A DNA stretch of 64,000 nucleotides, taken from contig CAWCMR010000008.1 in the NCBI GenBank assembly GCA_963796685.1, forward strand, positions 192,001 to 256,000. The letters run 5' to 3'. The position numbers and the translations under genes are program-made. The notes beneath the pieces are model-generated. The model was not told the origin of the DNA and searched no databases. It saw only the letters and a list, made by a program, of their open reading frames with translations. The stretch comes from an uncultured delta proteobacterium. GTDB taxonomy: Bacteria > Myxococcota_A > Polyangia > Fen-1088. This document shows, in pieces, positions 1 through 12,920 of this stretch. Position 1 is the first letter of the stretch. Each line of letters starts with the position of its first letter.

Positions 1-1552
1 GCGGCAACCACACTGGTGCGGCCACGATGTGGCGCCACACGCGCGTGCCCACGTCGGATTCCTTGTAGCGATAGTATTCTTCGCCATCGGAGGCGACCTC
101 GGTTCGCCAGCCACCGATGGTGGTGCGCCAATTGACGAGCGGTACCTTCTCGCCTCGCCACCGCACGAACAGCGTGAAGGACGGAAAGCGCTCGCGGGCT
201 TGCGCGATGCGCACGCCCTTGTCGTCGAAGGGGAAGTCGTACCACACGTCGCCGCGATCGATCTCGGCCACCAGGTCCATGTGCGGACCGTAATATTCGG
301 GCAGGGCGGGAAAGCGCACGGCCGCGCGCAACGAGCGAAAGTCGCTTTCCGGGTGGCGACGGAAGAACGCTAGGGCGTCCTCGGGCGTGGCCAGCCCCAG
401 ACGCGCCATGGTGGCCAGGGTGGCCTGCCCCACCAGATCGGGAACCGGCACGTCCTCGCCGGCCTTGTTCTTGTACGTGGGTTGCTTGCGCGGCCGGTTC
501 CGCTTGGCGGGCGGCATGGCCTCGATGGCGCTGCCGTCCTCGAGGATGCGGCCGGCGTGCGCCGCCCGTTCGGCCAGCACCCGACGCAGGGCCAGAAAGT
601 CGTTCAGCAGGAGCGGGCGGGCCATGGCCTCCAGCGTTCCGCGCGTGAGATCGGCCTGCGCGAACACCGCGTTTTTCTGCTGGAAATCCACGGCGGCGCT
701 ACGCATGGGACCGTCGTAGGAACCGGTCTTGTGCTTGCCAGGATCGAGCAGCCCTTCGCAGATGAGGCGTTTTTCCACCTCGGCAAAGGCAGCGCGTTCG
801 GCCTCGGTGCGCAGATGATCCTTCACCTCGCGACCATAGCGGGGATCCTTCGTGGCCAGCTCCTCCAGCGTGGAGGCGCCCAGTTTCTTCTGCGCAGCTT
901 CGAGGCGCATGCCGCGGAAACGGTGTTTCGCGCTTTCCTTCTTCTCGGTGGTCCTGCCCCAGGTCTCGATGCTGTCCACGGCCAAGAGCTTGGCCGTGTC
1001 CACCGTGCTCTCGCAGGTGCGCGCACGGTCTTCGAGAAAACGCCTGCGCATGACCGACAGCGAGGGCGGCACGCCGTAGAGCTCGAGGTAGTTGCGCTCG
1101 CCGGGTGGCAGCGGCTCGCCATCGCCGTCGGTGCGATCGTTGGCCAGCCCCACGAACACGGCCCGGTAGCGGTTGGGCAAGGGCGCACCATCGGCGGCCT
1201 TGCCGTCCTGAAAGATGAAGGGTGCGAAGTCGTCGGACAGATCGACCAGGGTCAGGCCCTTGTCGCGCGCCATGTTCGCGTCAACCACGCGCTCTTGGCC
1301 GTCCACCACCTGAATCGCTCGGCGCTCGAGGGCGAGCTTGCCGGTCGCCTCGGGCAGGGCATCCTCGTCGGGCTTGGATGGCCCGGAGGTCGGCGCGGGC
1401 CGCGCGGAAGGCGGGGCAAGAGCGACGGCGGAAGGCGGAGGCTCGGACGGCGGTGCCGGCTTCGTGGACGGCGTGCCCTCGCCCCGGCAGGCAAGCCCTC
1501 CCGTCGCGGCGAGGAGAAGAAGCGGCGCATGCGGAAGAAAAGTTCGATTCAC
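1..1552 (-). CDS. Lipoprotein, myxobacterial peptidoglycan-binding / L,D-transpeptidase-like protein (3' end runs off the window)
   Basis: Not in ORF track because it has no stop in the window. Manual translation from GTG 1552: MNRTFLPHAPLLLLAATGGLAC (lipobox), Pro-rich linker, GSYDGPMRSAAVDFQQKN (PG-binding-like), WRTTIGGWR...VWRHIVAAPVWLP. Confidence 0.6.
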   Translation of the reverse strand, partial: MNRTFLPHAPLLLLAATGGLACRGEGTPSTKPAPPSEPPPSAVALAPPSARPAPTSGPSKPDEDALPEATGKLALERRAIQVVDGQERVVDANMARDKGLTLVDLSDDFAPFIFQDGKAADGAPLPNRYRAVFVGLANDRTDGDGEPLPPGERNYLELYGVPPSLSVMRRRFLEDRARTCESTVDTAKLLAVDSIETWGRTTEKKESAKHRFRGMRLEAAQKKLGASTLEELATKDPRYGREVKDHLRTEAERAAFAEVEKRLICEGLLDPGKHKTGSYDGPMRSAAVDFQQKNAVFAQADLTRGTLEAMARPLLLNDFLALRRVLAERAAHAGRILEDGSAIEAMPPAKRNRPRKQPTYKNKAGEDVPVPDLVGQATLATMARLGLATPEDALAFFRRHPESDFRSLRAAVRFPALPEYYGPHMDLVAEIDRGDVWYDFPFDDKGVRIAQARERFPSFTLFVRWRGEKVPLVNWRTTIGGWRTEVASDGEEYYRYKESDVGTRVWRHIVAAPVWLP

Positions 1553-1625
1553 GGTACCGGTCGAGGATCTACCAGCGACGGACCGCGGATGGCGAGATTT
1601 GTCTGAATCGAATACTATGCACCCC

Positions 1626-2165
1626 ATGAAACGCGTCATCATCACCCTGGCATTCGCCCTGGTCGCCCTTGGCTCACGCCCACGCACGGCCCAAGCGACC
1701 GAGGTTGGAACATCGCGCACCTTTGGCCTCGGCGTTCAGCTACTCAATCCGACTGCCCTCATCGGCAAGGTCTTCCTCGACAGAAACGATGCCCTGGACT
1801 TCGGCATCGGCTTTTGGGGCTACGGCACCTGCTACGACGGCAACGGCCACCCTTACTACTGCAACGACAACCGGCACGACTTCAGCTTGCACTTCGACTA
1901 CCTCTACGAGGAGCCCATCGTGAACTCGGTGGTCAGACTCGACTGGCACGCGGGCGTGGGCGGACGCATGGTCGTCTGGGGCTATACCTACAACAACGGC
2001 GATCACGGGGTCGTCTTCCTGGCCAGGGTTCCGCTCGGCCTGGACCTGACCTTTCGCCGCCCACGCTGGTTGGAGGTCTACCTCGAGATCGCACCGGCCC
2101 TGGTCGTCATCCCGCCGCTCGATTTCACCATCGATGTCGGACTGGGTGTGCGGGCATACTTCTAG
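1626..2165 (+). CDS. Small outer-membrane beta-barrel protein
   Basis: Signal peptide MKRVIITLAFALVALG..AQA, amphipathic beta strands, C-terminal VGLGVRAYF (terminal Phe). Confidence 0.7.
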   Translation: MKRVIITLAFALVALGSRPRTAQATEVGTSRTFGLGVQLLNPTALIGKVFLDRNDALDFGIGFWGYGTCYDGNGHPYYCNDNRHDFSLHFDYLYEEPIVNSVVRLDWHAGVGGRMVVWGYTYNNGDHGVVFLARVPLGLDLTFRRPRWLEVYLEIAPALVVIPPLDFTIDVGLGVRAYF

Positions 2166-2185
2166 CCCGGGGATCGTTTTCGAAG

Positions 2186-2446
2186 CTACTGGGGCTCGGA
2201 CTCGGGACTCGGCGTTCCCATCAAGGCGTCGCTGAGCACGACGTTACCCGAAACCGGAGTCTCCGCATGACCCGTGACGACACCGGACTCCTGACCAACC
2301 TCCTCGGCGGGATCTTCCGGCGCGGTCGCGACCGGCACCTCGGCCGCCACGGTACCTGAAGCGACAGGTGCTGCCGGTTGCGGCACGCCCGCAGCGCGAG
2401 ATTTCCATCGGGCGATTGCGAACTCGAAATCGGCGTACGAGATCAT
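2186..2446 (-). CDS. Small acidic hypothetical protein (86 aa)
   Basis: MISYADFEFAIARWK followed by an Ala/Pro/Glu-rich tail; directly downstream of ettA on the same strand. Confidence 0.55.
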   Translation of the reverse strand: MISYADFEFAIARWKSRAAGVPQPAAPVASGTVAAEVPVATAPEDPAEEVGQESGVVTGHAETPVSGNVVLSDALMGTPSPESEPQ

Positions 2447-2510
2447 GGCCGAACCAGCGTACCGGTTTCTCCGCCACGCCGCAAATGCTTCCCTGATTTT
2501 TCCGGCGTCG

Positions 2511-4187
<1,677 letters not shown>

Positions 4188-4270
4188 GGGCCGCGCAGTT
4201 TACCCGATGATCCGCGTTCGTCACGTCTGGCTTTGGGCGTGCGAACCTGCCCAGACGGTCTACCTCGAGC

Positions 4271-4807
4271 CTACTTGACCTCTTCCTTCCCGTTCTTACC
4301 CTCCTGGCCCTCTTGCTTGGGCGCCTTCTTGGCCCCCTTCTTGGCCCCCTTCTTCTCTTCGCTCTTGTCTTCCTTCTCGGCCTCCTTCTTGCCCTTGGGC
4401 TTCTTGACCTTGTCCTTGGGTCCGGGCGGCGTGGTCTCGTCAGCGGTCTCGCTGTCCTCGCCCTCCGATTCGTCGGCGGCTTGCTCCACGGCCTTGGCTT
4501 TGGCGGCCTCTTCCTCGCGCCGCTTCTTGTCGGCCTCTTCCGCCTTCTTGGTTTCGGCTTGAATTTCCTTGTCCAGCTCTTTCTGCCGCTTTTCCTCGCA
4601 GCCCTTGGGCTCGCACTCTCCCGGGCAGCCGCACTTGCTGGGCCTCGTGCAGGTACATTCGCCAGCGGTGTTCTGGTAGCATCCGCAGGCGTTGATCTTG
4701 CGATCGTCCGCGCGCGCCGCCAACCAATCACCTCCCAGCACCGATGCAGCGGCTGTCAACGACGCAACAACCAATAGTCTGTTCCAATTAATTTGCATGG
4801 TTTCCAT
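4271..4807 (-). CDS. Secreted Cys-rich / Lys-Glu-rich hypothetical protein
   Basis: Signal-like N-terminus, CGC-x6-CTC-x5-CGCPGECEPKGC, then a highly charged tail. Confidence 0.7.
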   Translation of the reverse strand: METMQINWNRLLVVASLTAAASVLGGDWLAARADDRKINACGCYQNTAGECTCTRPSKCGCPGECEPKGCEEKRQKELDKEIQAETKKAEEADKKRREEEAAKAKAVEQAADESEGEDSETADETTPPGPKDKVKKPKGKKEAEKEDKSEEKKGAKKGAKKAPKQEGQEGKNGKEEVK

Positions 4808-4868
4808 TCCCTTTGGCCCCGGACCATAACCATAGGTGTGCCCGGATTCAACAGGACAAATGCCGGAC

Positions 4869-7711
4869 TCAGTCGCCCAGGTCGAGAAAGGTCAGGGCGT
4901 CGACCATCATGGCGTCTTGCTTCGAATGGTTCGCGATGCGAACCCGCACCTCGCCAGAGACCGGTACAGGCAACCGGACCGTCTGCGGCGTGAGGACGTT
5001 CGGAGCGGCGGGCGCGCCGCTGCGACCAAGCTCGAATCCAACCGGCGCCGTCGCGCGCCTCCACGACCACGGAGGTTCCCTTGCCAGGGCCCGCGAGCAA
5101 GACACCAAAGCGGGAACCAGACCAAGGCAAGGGCCCCCAAATCGCCTCGCTGCAAGGCTCCCGGACGCACGGGGGGACGAACAGGAAGGAGCGGCCCTGC
5201 CCGCCCAGCATGGACGCCGGGGGCCGGGACACGAGCCACGTCCGACTGACGTTGTCGAAGTGTAGCGACGGATCGGATGCATTTTCGAAGCCCTGTATGA
5301 GGACGCGCAGAGGATGATTGGGATGGTTCGAGCAAACCAGGTCGGGCATGAGCCGCGAGCGCAGTCCCAGGGCGGCGACCGCTTCGCAGAGCAGGTCCTG
5401 GACCTCGGGCCTGCGCGCAAGACCTCGGCCGAGTGCCACAAGAAGAAGCCTGTCGTACTGCCGCGCCAGCAAGAGCGCACCCAGGCCGGCGCGCGCTTGC
5501 TCGGGCGACGGCTCGCCGGGTTTCAATTCGGTGGCCGACCATGCCAGCGCAATCTCGTCGAAGTAGGTGTGCCGCGATCGTTCGCGGTCGAGGTGCCTGC
5601 GCACCGACGTCGAAATGGGCAGCCCCAGGTCGGGGAACACACGGTAGGCATCGTAGCGATCGTCGGGAGACGCCAGCCCGGAGGCTTCGGCTTCGATCGC
5701 TTCGGCGACCCGCGCACGATCGTCGCGAGAAAGCCCACCCCCGCAAAGACGAGCCACGAGCGCCGTCCCGCGAGCACGGGCTCCGGCGTGGGCGTGCGGA
5801 TCGAGATAGGTGCTCACGTCGCAGCGAGGGCCGGGCTGGCCGGCCAGACGAAAGAGCGGCAGCCGGGTCATGGCCGCCGCGTCGGCCGGTGCGCTCACCA
5901 CGCTCGGCCAATCCGTCAATCGAAGCTCCGTGGGTTCCAGTCGCACGGGCAGCACACCGGCGGGCAATTCAACCATGCCGACGATGGGCGAGCCCACGGG
6001 CCCCGGCTCCACGTCGTGCCCCGTGTGCCACTGCACCGGCCATTCATCCTGATCGGCGTCCTTCACCGTGAGGGTCGGCGGCGCGCCAGAGCCCGTCTGC
6101 AGGGCGTGAACGAACAAGACCCGGCTGTCCGAGCCAAGCGACGAGAAACCGAGGATCCGAATCGAGTCTTGGCTCGCTTGTGCCTCCACCACCGGCGCAG
6201 CAGGCGGATCGACGAGAATCGGCGCGAATCGCGGTTAGCCAGCAAACCTCCAATTGCCGCATGAACGCCGGGCCCATCACGCGAAAGTCGTACCGAAACG
6301 GCGAGAGCGCGTAGAGCGGACGCGCGCCAACCCATCCGCCGTGAACGTGGAAGGTGTCGGGACGTCGCTCCCCGAAGAAATAGTCGACGATTTCGGAAGG
6401 CTGCCGCGTCCACGAATAGCCGAAGACATGGTCGGCGAGGCCGCCTATATCGAGGACATCGACGCCGGGCGGGTAGGACATCCCCCCCACGTCGACATCG
6501 GCGATGAGCAAGGGTCTGCCCAAATCAAGGCGATCCCCAAGGCGGCGGTAGAGGGCACCCACGCTGGAGATCCGTCGCATGTCGACGTCATGATCCTGGG
6601 CGCACGTCTTCACCCGGCTCGCGCGCTCCGCCCATCCGGTCGTGGAGAGAGGCAGGATCGCGACCAGCAGCAACAGGGGGCGCAGCCCGCGCGGACGGCG
6701 GCCAGGTTTGCAACTGCGGGCGGAGAACAGGGCCAGCACGCCGAGCAGGCACAAGGCCCAGTAAGGGCCTTGCAAGGGTTGCATGAAGCGCCAGTGGCGC
6801 ATCCAATCCCCACCGCTGAGAGCGGCAAAGACATTCGCGAAGGCCATTTGCGCAAACGCGGCGAAGGCGACGAGGCGGGTCCTGCCGACGAGGAAGGCAA
6901 AGAGGGGAAGGAAACACAGGAAATAGGCCGTCCCGTTGGCGTTCCAGAATTGGCGTACGTAGTCCGCTCCCGCCCCCCATCGGGTGTCGACATTGATCTT
7001 AGCGAAGTAGGTGTTGGGGACCCATTGCCGAAAGAGGGCAAATCGCAGCAGCAGGATGCAAGCAACGCCGATGCAGAAGATGGCGGCGAGTCGCCAGCGC
7101 CGGCCCGATTGGAACGCGCGAAACGCGACGACGATGCCGCCGTAAACCACGCCTTCGGGCCGAGTCAAGGCCAGCAGCAAGGCCACGATGCCAAGCGCCG
7201 CGTCTCGCCTCCCTTGCAGGGGTGAAACGGCGAGCAAGGCGATGGACAGGATCTGCAGGCCGCACAAGAGCCCGCCTTCGAGGCCCGCCACCAGCCAATG
7301 ATTGAACGCGGGCCAGAGAAATCCGAAGGCGCAGGGCACGGCCAGCCACAGACGCGACAGCGGATCGAGGCGCCGCCAAGCGACGAAGGTCATCGCCAAG
7401 ATTCCACCCAGGACCGCCGCAAGGTTCAGGAATTTGCAGGCCGCGTCCAAGCCCGCACCGGCCCACGCAAAGGGAACCAACAAGAGGACTTCGAGCGGAT
7501 TCGAGAACCCCTCCACCGGACTTGCATTCGGGGTCAGTCTGAAACCATTTCCGTGGGCCAGGTTGTCCGCATAGGCGTACGAGATGGCGGCATCGTCCAC
7601 GGTGAATCCGGCGAAATTCGTGTCCACGTGGCGCGCATAGAGCGCGAGCACCAGCGCGATCAGCGCCGCACTCAAAACCGACGAGACAGGCCGAATCCCG
7701 GGCACGCGCAT
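4869..7711 (-). CDS. Membrane GT-C-type glycosyltransferase with large C-terminal soluble domain (two +1 frameshifts at ~6217 and ~5035)
   Basis: VDDAAISYAYADNLAHGNG...VEGFSNPL, LTRPEG, PNTYFAK, GGDWM..WRF motifs. ORFs 6044..8056, 4756..6192 and 4869..5480 join into one protein when one base is removed at each site. Confidence 0.7.
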
Positions 7712-7716
7712 GGAAC

Positions 7717-9390
7717 CTAGGTCGCTTCCTGCGCGGGATCCCCGACGCCCGCGACGGGCAATGCCTGCGCGCGACGATGTCCGCGCCAAACTTCGAGCAG
7801 AAAGAGCACGAACATGGCCACGCTCGCGGTCGGAAGGAGGACGATCAGAAACCAGGACAGGCGAGGGAAGGCGCGGTGGTATTCCGTGAACCACCAATCG
7901 ACGCGAGCCCGTGCGTAGGATTCTCGAATGTCGATCTGAAGATTGGTGTATCTGCGCCAGGGGGCATCTTTTTCGGCCCGAACCCAATCGTGCCCGTAGG
8001 GGAGGTGGGTCAGCAGCCAATAGTTTCCCACGATGTGCTGGAAGGGAGGCAACCATTGCAATTGGGAAATGGTTTCGAAACAGACCGGACAGGGAATGGC
8101 CCGGGTGCTACTGCCGTCGCCCGTGTTGTTGGGCGTTCCCAGCCAGGCTCGCGTCGCGTCGGTTTGAATGCGAATGAAATGATCCCAATAGATCGCATTG
8201 CCCAAGTAGGTGACGAAAGCGCCCGACGCGAACACGCCGGCGAGGAGGGTCAGCCCCAGCCAGCGTCGCAGCCTTCGTCCTTGGTTCAGGCACGCCTGGA
8301 CGACGAAACTGGCCGGAAGCAAGAGAACGCCAAGAGCAAACGTCGTGTAGCGCGGTCCCCAGGCATAGTCGCCCGCCCAAGAGATCAGTTGGGCATGGAC
8401 GTAGAGCCCGGGAACGATGGTCAGCGCCATGGCCAGGACGACGTGACGGTGGCTCTTGGCGAAGCGAAGAAGCCCCGCGAACGCAACCAATAGAGGGGGG
8501 CTGTAGAGAAAGATGGATTTTCCCGGCGACAAGAACATCCCCCAAAGGCCGATCAACGGATGCTCGTGGACGCCCGGCCCGGTTTCGATTCCCGAGCTGG
8601 TGATGGCCACGCCGTAGCCGGTGGAGGTGATGCTGCCCCAGCGCAGATAGTTGTAGTCGAGGACCATGGCCGCGAACGGGGCGGCGGACCCGATCGACAC
8701 CAGCGCCACCAGCAGCAGCGCCCGCCGGTCTCGTCGCAATTCCCAAAGCAGAAACAGACCTCCCCCAAGCCCGGTCAGCAAAAAGACCGGCTTGGCGTTC
8801 ACCAGCAGACCGGCCCACACCCCGAGCCACATGGCCTGCCGCCAGGTCGGCCGGTCGCGCACGTCGAGCAGCTTGCAGAAGAACCCCGTGAAACAGAACA
8901 GCTGAAGCGTCTCGGAGTAGGGGTAGCGAGAATAGACCCAGACGGACGACGCCAAGGCCAGCGCCAAGGTTGTCAAGGCGGCCGGAAGGATCGAGGCTCC
9001 CAGGCGCCGGCACAGGGCAAAGAAGAGCAGACACGAAAGCGCGCCGAGAACCGTGGACGCCAAGTGCGAGGTCAGCCGCCAGGCGATCTGCCAATAGGCC
9101 GGGTAGACCTTGGCGATCTGCCGCTGCAGGATGGCCCCCGGAACGTGGATGAGGCTCTGCAGCAGGGGCGCCAGGGCATAGAGATGGCCATCCTTCCCGT
9201 TCGGCAGAGTCATCGGCCAGCGGGTCGTGGCATGTAGGTTGTGCTTGCTGACGATGCTGTCCGCCACCTCCCAGATCGGCGTGGCGTCGCCCCACGGGCG
9301 CGCGCTGCTGGTCGAAAACAGGTACAGACAGAGAATGGCGCCGAACAACCACAACTGGCCGAGCCAGGGAAATGCTGGTCCACGTTCCAT
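7717..9390 (-). CDS. Polytopic membrane glycosyltransferase (GT-C / PMT-like)
   Basis: Many TM helices, early WGD acidic motif, YSETL, NYLRWGS, WAGDYAWGPRY. Confidence 0.75.
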   Translation of the reverse strand: MERGPAFPWLGQLWLFGAILCLYLFSTSSARPWGDATPIWEVADSIVSKHNLHATTRWPMTLPNGKDGHLYALAPLLQSLIHVPGAILQRQIAKVYPAYWQIAWRLTSHLASTVLGALSCLLFFALCRRLGASILPAALTTLALALASSVWVYSRYPYSETLQLFCFTGFFCKLLDVRDRPTWRQAMWLGVWAGLLVNAKPVFLLTGLGGGLFLLWELRRDRRALLLVALVSIGSAAPFAAMVLDYNYLRWGSITSTGYGVAITSSGIETGPGVHEHPLIGLWGMFLSPGKSIFLYSPPLLVAFAGLLRFAKSHRHVVLAMALTIVPGLYVHAQLISWAGDYAWGPRYTTFALGVLLLPASFVVQACLNQGRRLRRWLGLTLLAGVFASGAFVTYLGNAIYWDHFIRIQTDATRAWLGTPNNTGDGSSTRAIPCPVCFETISQLQWLPPFQHIVGNYWLLTHLPYGHDWVRAEKDAPWRRYTNLQIDIRESYARARVDWWFTEYHRAFPRLSWFLIVLLPTASVAMFVLFLLEVWRGHRRAQALPVAGVGDPAQEAT

Positions 9391-9466
9391 GGGCGCGGGG
9401 ATGATACTCGTGGCTCGCTGGACCCGCTAGCGCATCGGTTTTTCCCATGTGCTATTTTGCCGTGCC

Positions 9467-10384
9467 GTGGACAAACCGGTCGTCATCGTCAACCCGCGCT
9501 CGGGCGGTGGGCTCAGCGAAAAACGCTGGGCGGGGGTGGTCGGCGCGATCTCGGATGGGTTGGGTGTGTTCGACACTCGCTTCACCGAGGCGCCCGGACA
9601 CGCTCGCACCCTGGCGCACGAGGAAGCCAAGCAGGGACGCAAGTTGGTCGTGGCCTTGGGTGGCGATGGCACGATCTCCGAAGTGGCCGACGGCTTGGTG
9701 GCAGCAGGAGGCGACACCGAGATGGGCATCATTCCCCGAGGAACCGGGGGCGACTTTCGCCGCAGTCTCGGCATCGAGAACGAGCTCTTCAGCGCCGCGG
9801 AGCACGTGCGCAAAAGCAAGCCCCGCAGCGTGGATGTGGGCAAGGTTACCTTCATGACCCATGACGGCACGGAAGCTTCTCGCCACTTCGTGAACGTGAC
9901 CTCGGTGGGATTTTCAAGCGTGGTGGCCGAGCGGGCCAATCGAGGCTCCAAACGGCTGGGCGGCCGGATCTCGTTCCTCTCCGCCGTGGCAAGCTCGCTG
10001 CTGACCTACGACAACACCGAGCTCGCGATCTCGGTCGACGATGGCGATGCGCGTCACATGACCCTGTTGCTGGCGGCTGTCGGCAACGGGCGGTTCTTCG
10101 GGGGCGGCATGAAGATTTGCCCCGAGGCCCTCCTCGACGATGGCCGTTTCGATCTCGTCACCGTCGGAGACCTTGGACGTCTGGAGGTCCTGGCCAAGAT
10201 CCATCGCATCTATTCGGGCAATCACCTGGCCATGAAGGAGGTGAGATCGGTGCGTTGCCGTCGAGTGCGACTGGCCCCGGTTGATGCCAAGGCCGAGATT
10301 CCCCTGGAGATCGACGGGGAGACTCCGGGGCGTCTGCCTGCCACGCTGGAGATCCTGGAGGGCGCACTGCGTCTTCGCGGGTAG
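9467..10384 (+). CDS. Diacylglycerol kinase family lipid kinase (YegS/BmrU)
   Basis: IVNPRSG, GGDGTISEV, IIPRGTGGDF, GNGRFFGGG, EIDGE motifs. Confidence 0.9.
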   Translation: MDKPVVIVNPRSGGGLSEKRWAGVVGAISDGLGVFDTRFTEAPGHARTLAHEEAKQGRKLVVALGGDGTISEVADGLVAAGGDTEMGIIPRGTGGDFRRSLGIENELFSAAEHVRKSKPRSVDVGKVTFMTHDGTEASRHFVNVTSVGFSSVVAERANRGSKRLGGRISFLSAVASSLLTYDNTELAISVDDGDARHMTLLLAAVGNGRFFGGGMKICPEALLDDGRFDLVTVGDLGRLEVLAKIHRIYSGNHLAMKEVRSVRCRRVRLAPVDAKAEIPLEIDGETPGRLPATLEILEGALRLRG

Positions 10385-10531
10385 CCATGACCGCCGGTCC
10401 TGTTGGCGCTGGCGAACCGCTACATCGAATACCGTTGGGGCGATGGAGAGAGCTCCGACACCAGACTGGCCCTTGAAGGTCGCCCGAGCTTGGTGCTACG
10501 GTGGCCCCGCTGTCCAGTAGGACGGCCCCCT

Positions 10532-11035
10532 ATGCAAATTCACCTCGCGAAGTCCGACATCACCGAGATGGCTGTCGATGCCGTGGTCAGTCCCGCGAAT
10601 TCGCTCGGCATCATGGGGGGAGGTGTAGCCGCCGCTCTTTCGCGCAAGGGCGGCCCACTCATCCAACGCGAAGCCATGTCCCTGGCGCCCATCGCCGTCG
10701 GCGCCGCCGTCGTGACCAACGCCGGCACGCTGTGGGCGAAACACATCATCCACGCCCCCACCATGGAGGAGCCAGGCCTCAAGGTCACCGTCGAGAGCGT
10801 CCGCCGCGCCACCCGCGCCGCCCTCCTCGCCGCCAGCCAGCGCAGCTTCGATGTCATCGCCATCCCTGGGCTGGGCACCGGTCTGGGTGGAGCCGATCCC
10901 GCGGATGCCGCGCGCGCCATGGTCAACGAGCTTCGCGCGCACAAGCAGCCGCACCCATCCACCGTGTGGCTGGTCGACGTGAACGACCAAATCCTCGCCC
11001 ACCTGGAAGAGGCGCTGCAGACGACCGCGCCGTAA
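10532..11035 (+). CDS. Macro domain (ADP-ribose-binding) protein
   Basis: SDIT..VDAVVSPANS..GIMGGGVAAA, IIHAPTM, AIPGLGTGLGG. Confidence 0.9.
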   Translation: MQIHLAKSDITEMAVDAVVSPANSLGIMGGGVAAALSRKGGPLIQREAMSLAPIAVGAAVVTNAGTLWAKHIIHAPTMEEPGLKVTVESVRRATRAALLAASQRSFDVIAIPGLGTGLGGADPADAARAMVNELRAHKQPHPSTVWLVDVNDQILAHLEEALQTTAP

Positions 11036-11075
11036 CTGCGAGTCCGACCGAGAACCAACCCCGAAGGAGGTTTGC

Positions 11076-11897
11076 GTGAAGATCCTTGTACCCTGTAAAC
11101 GCGTTCCCAATCCCGAGCTCAAGCTGAAGATCGCCGGCGGCGCTGTCGAGCTCGGCGACACCACTTGGCAGGTGAACCCATTCGACGAGTACGCGGTGGA
11201 AACGGCGCTGCGCCTGACCGAAAAGAGCAAGGGCGGCGAGCGCTCGGGCGAGGTGGTCTTGATCAGCATCGGGCCCAAGGACACCTCGACGCAGCTTCGG
11301 CAGCTCTTGGCCATGGGCGCGGATCGCGGCATCCTCGTCGCCGGTGACGACGCGGCCCTGGACGCGGACCTGGTGGCGCGAACCCTGAAGGCCGTGGTGG
11401 AAACCGAAAAGCCCGACATCGTGGTCATGGGCAAGCAAGCGGTCGACGGCGACGACAACCAAGTCGGACAGCTGCTCGCCGGCTACCTGGGCTGGCCGCA
11501 GGCCACCTTTCTGTCGACCATCGCCCTGGCCGCCGACGGCAAGTCGGCCACGGTGTCGCGCGAAGTGGACACCGGCGTAGAGGAACGCCGCGTGCGCCTG
11601 CCCGCCGTCACGACCGTCGACCTGCGCATCATCGGCAAGAAGGCCGTGCGCAACGAGGCGCTCTCGGGTCCCGAGGTCGAGTGGGAAGACACGCAACGCC
11701 TGGCCTCGCTCAAGGGAATCATGGCCGCGAAGAAGAAGGAACTGAAGGAAGTCACCGCCGAATCGCTCGGAGTGACAGGGGGCATCCTGGTCAAGACCCT
11801 GCGCCACGAGAACCCGCCCGCACGCAAGGCCGGCATCAAGGTGGCCTCGGTCGAGGAATTGGTTTCCAAGCTGCACACGGAAGCGAAGGTGATCTGA
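11076..11897 (+). CDS. etfB: Electron transfer flavoprotein beta subunit
   Basis: MKILVPCKRVP, NPFDEYAVE, AMGADRG, GKQAVDGD, SLKGIMAAKKK. Confidence 0.93.
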   Translation: MKILVPCKRVPNPELKLKIAGGAVELGDTTWQVNPFDEYAVETALRLTEKSKGGERSGEVVLISIGPKDTSTQLRQLLAMGADRGILVAGDDAALDADLVARTLKAVVETEKPDIVVMGKQAVDGDDNQVGQLLAGYLGWPQATFLSTIALAADGKSATVSREVDTGVEERRVRLPAVTTVDLRIIGKKAVRNEALSGPEVEWEDTQRLASLKGIMAAKKKELKEVTAESLGVTGGILVKTLRHENPPARKAGIKVASVEELVSKLHTEAKVI

Positions 11898-12865
11898 TGT
11901 CCGCAACGCTCGTTCTTCTCGAAACGACTTCCTCCAACCTGCGCTCGTCGTCGCTGCCCGCCGTGACCGCCGCGCGCGCATTGGCCAAGCACCACGGCGG
12001 ACCGGTCGTTGGCGTCGTCATCGGCGCCGGCGTGGCCGCCGCCGCCTCGGACGCGGCCCGCTTCGTCGACAAGGTGCTGTGCTACGACAACCCGGCCCTC
12101 TCGGCGGCCCTGGCCGAGACGTGGGCGCCGCTCATCGCAAGCGCGGTCAAGGAAATCGGCGCCACGGCCTTGGTCGCCTCGGCGACTTCGACGGGCAAGG
12201 ATGTCCTTCCCCGCGCGGCGGCCCTGCTGGGCGCGGGCATGGCCAGCGACGTGGTGGCCGTGCTCGGCGGCAAGTCCTTCCGCCGGCCGACCTATGCCGG
12301 GAACGCCCTCACCGACGTCGAGGTCACGACCGCCGTCGTGGCATGCACCGCGCGCCAGACCGAATTCGCCCCGGCGGCACCGGCCGCGAGCGCCGGCCCC
12401 GTCGACAGCAAGACCGTTGGTGCCGTCGATGCCTTGGGCAGCGAATTCGTGGCCCTGCACGCCACCAAGAGCGCGCGCCCCGATTTGGCCGAGGCCAAGG
12501 TCGTGGTGGCCGGTGGACGCGGCATGAAGGAAGCCGCCAACTTCAAGGTGCTGGAGGAGCTGACCGATCTGCTCGGCGGTGCGCTCGGTGCCAGCCGCGC
12601 GGCCTGCGACGCGGGCATGGTGCCCAACGACCTGCAAGTCGGCCAAACCGGCAAGGTCGTCGCCCCCGAGCTCTACTTCGCGGTGGCGCTCTCGGGCGCC
12701 ATCCAACACCTGGCCGGCATGAAGAGCTCGAAGGTCATCGTGGCCATCAACAAGGATCCCGAGGCACCCATCTTCCAGACCGCGGACTACGGCCTGGTGG
12801 CCACCTGGGAATCCGCGCTTCCGTCGCTCATCGCCGAGATCAAGAAGATCAAGGCGGCATCGTAG
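11897..12865 (+). CDS. etfA: Electron transfer flavoprotein alpha subunit
   Basis: ATG overlaps the etfB stop (TGATG). [51 protein letters not shown]. Confidence 0.93.
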   Translation: MSATLVLLETTSSNLRSSSLPAVTAARALAKHHGGPVVGVVIGAGVAAAASDAARFVDKVLCYDNPALSAALAETWAPLIASAVKEIGATALVASATSTGKDVLPRAAALLGAGMASDVVAVLGGKSFRRPTYAGNALTDVEVTTAVVACTARQTEFAPAAPAASAGPVDSKTVGAVDALGSEFVALHATKSARPDLAEAKVVVAGGRGMKEAANFKVLEELTDLLGGALGASRAACDAGMVPNDLQVGQTGKVVAPELYFAVALSGAIQHLAGMKSSKVIVAINKDPEAPIFQTADYGLVATWESALPSLIAEIKKIKAAS

Positions 12866-12920
12866 CGGCGGCGCGCCGGATGTCTCGTGACAGGCGCGTC
12901 GGCCGTGGTAAGCCCACAGG

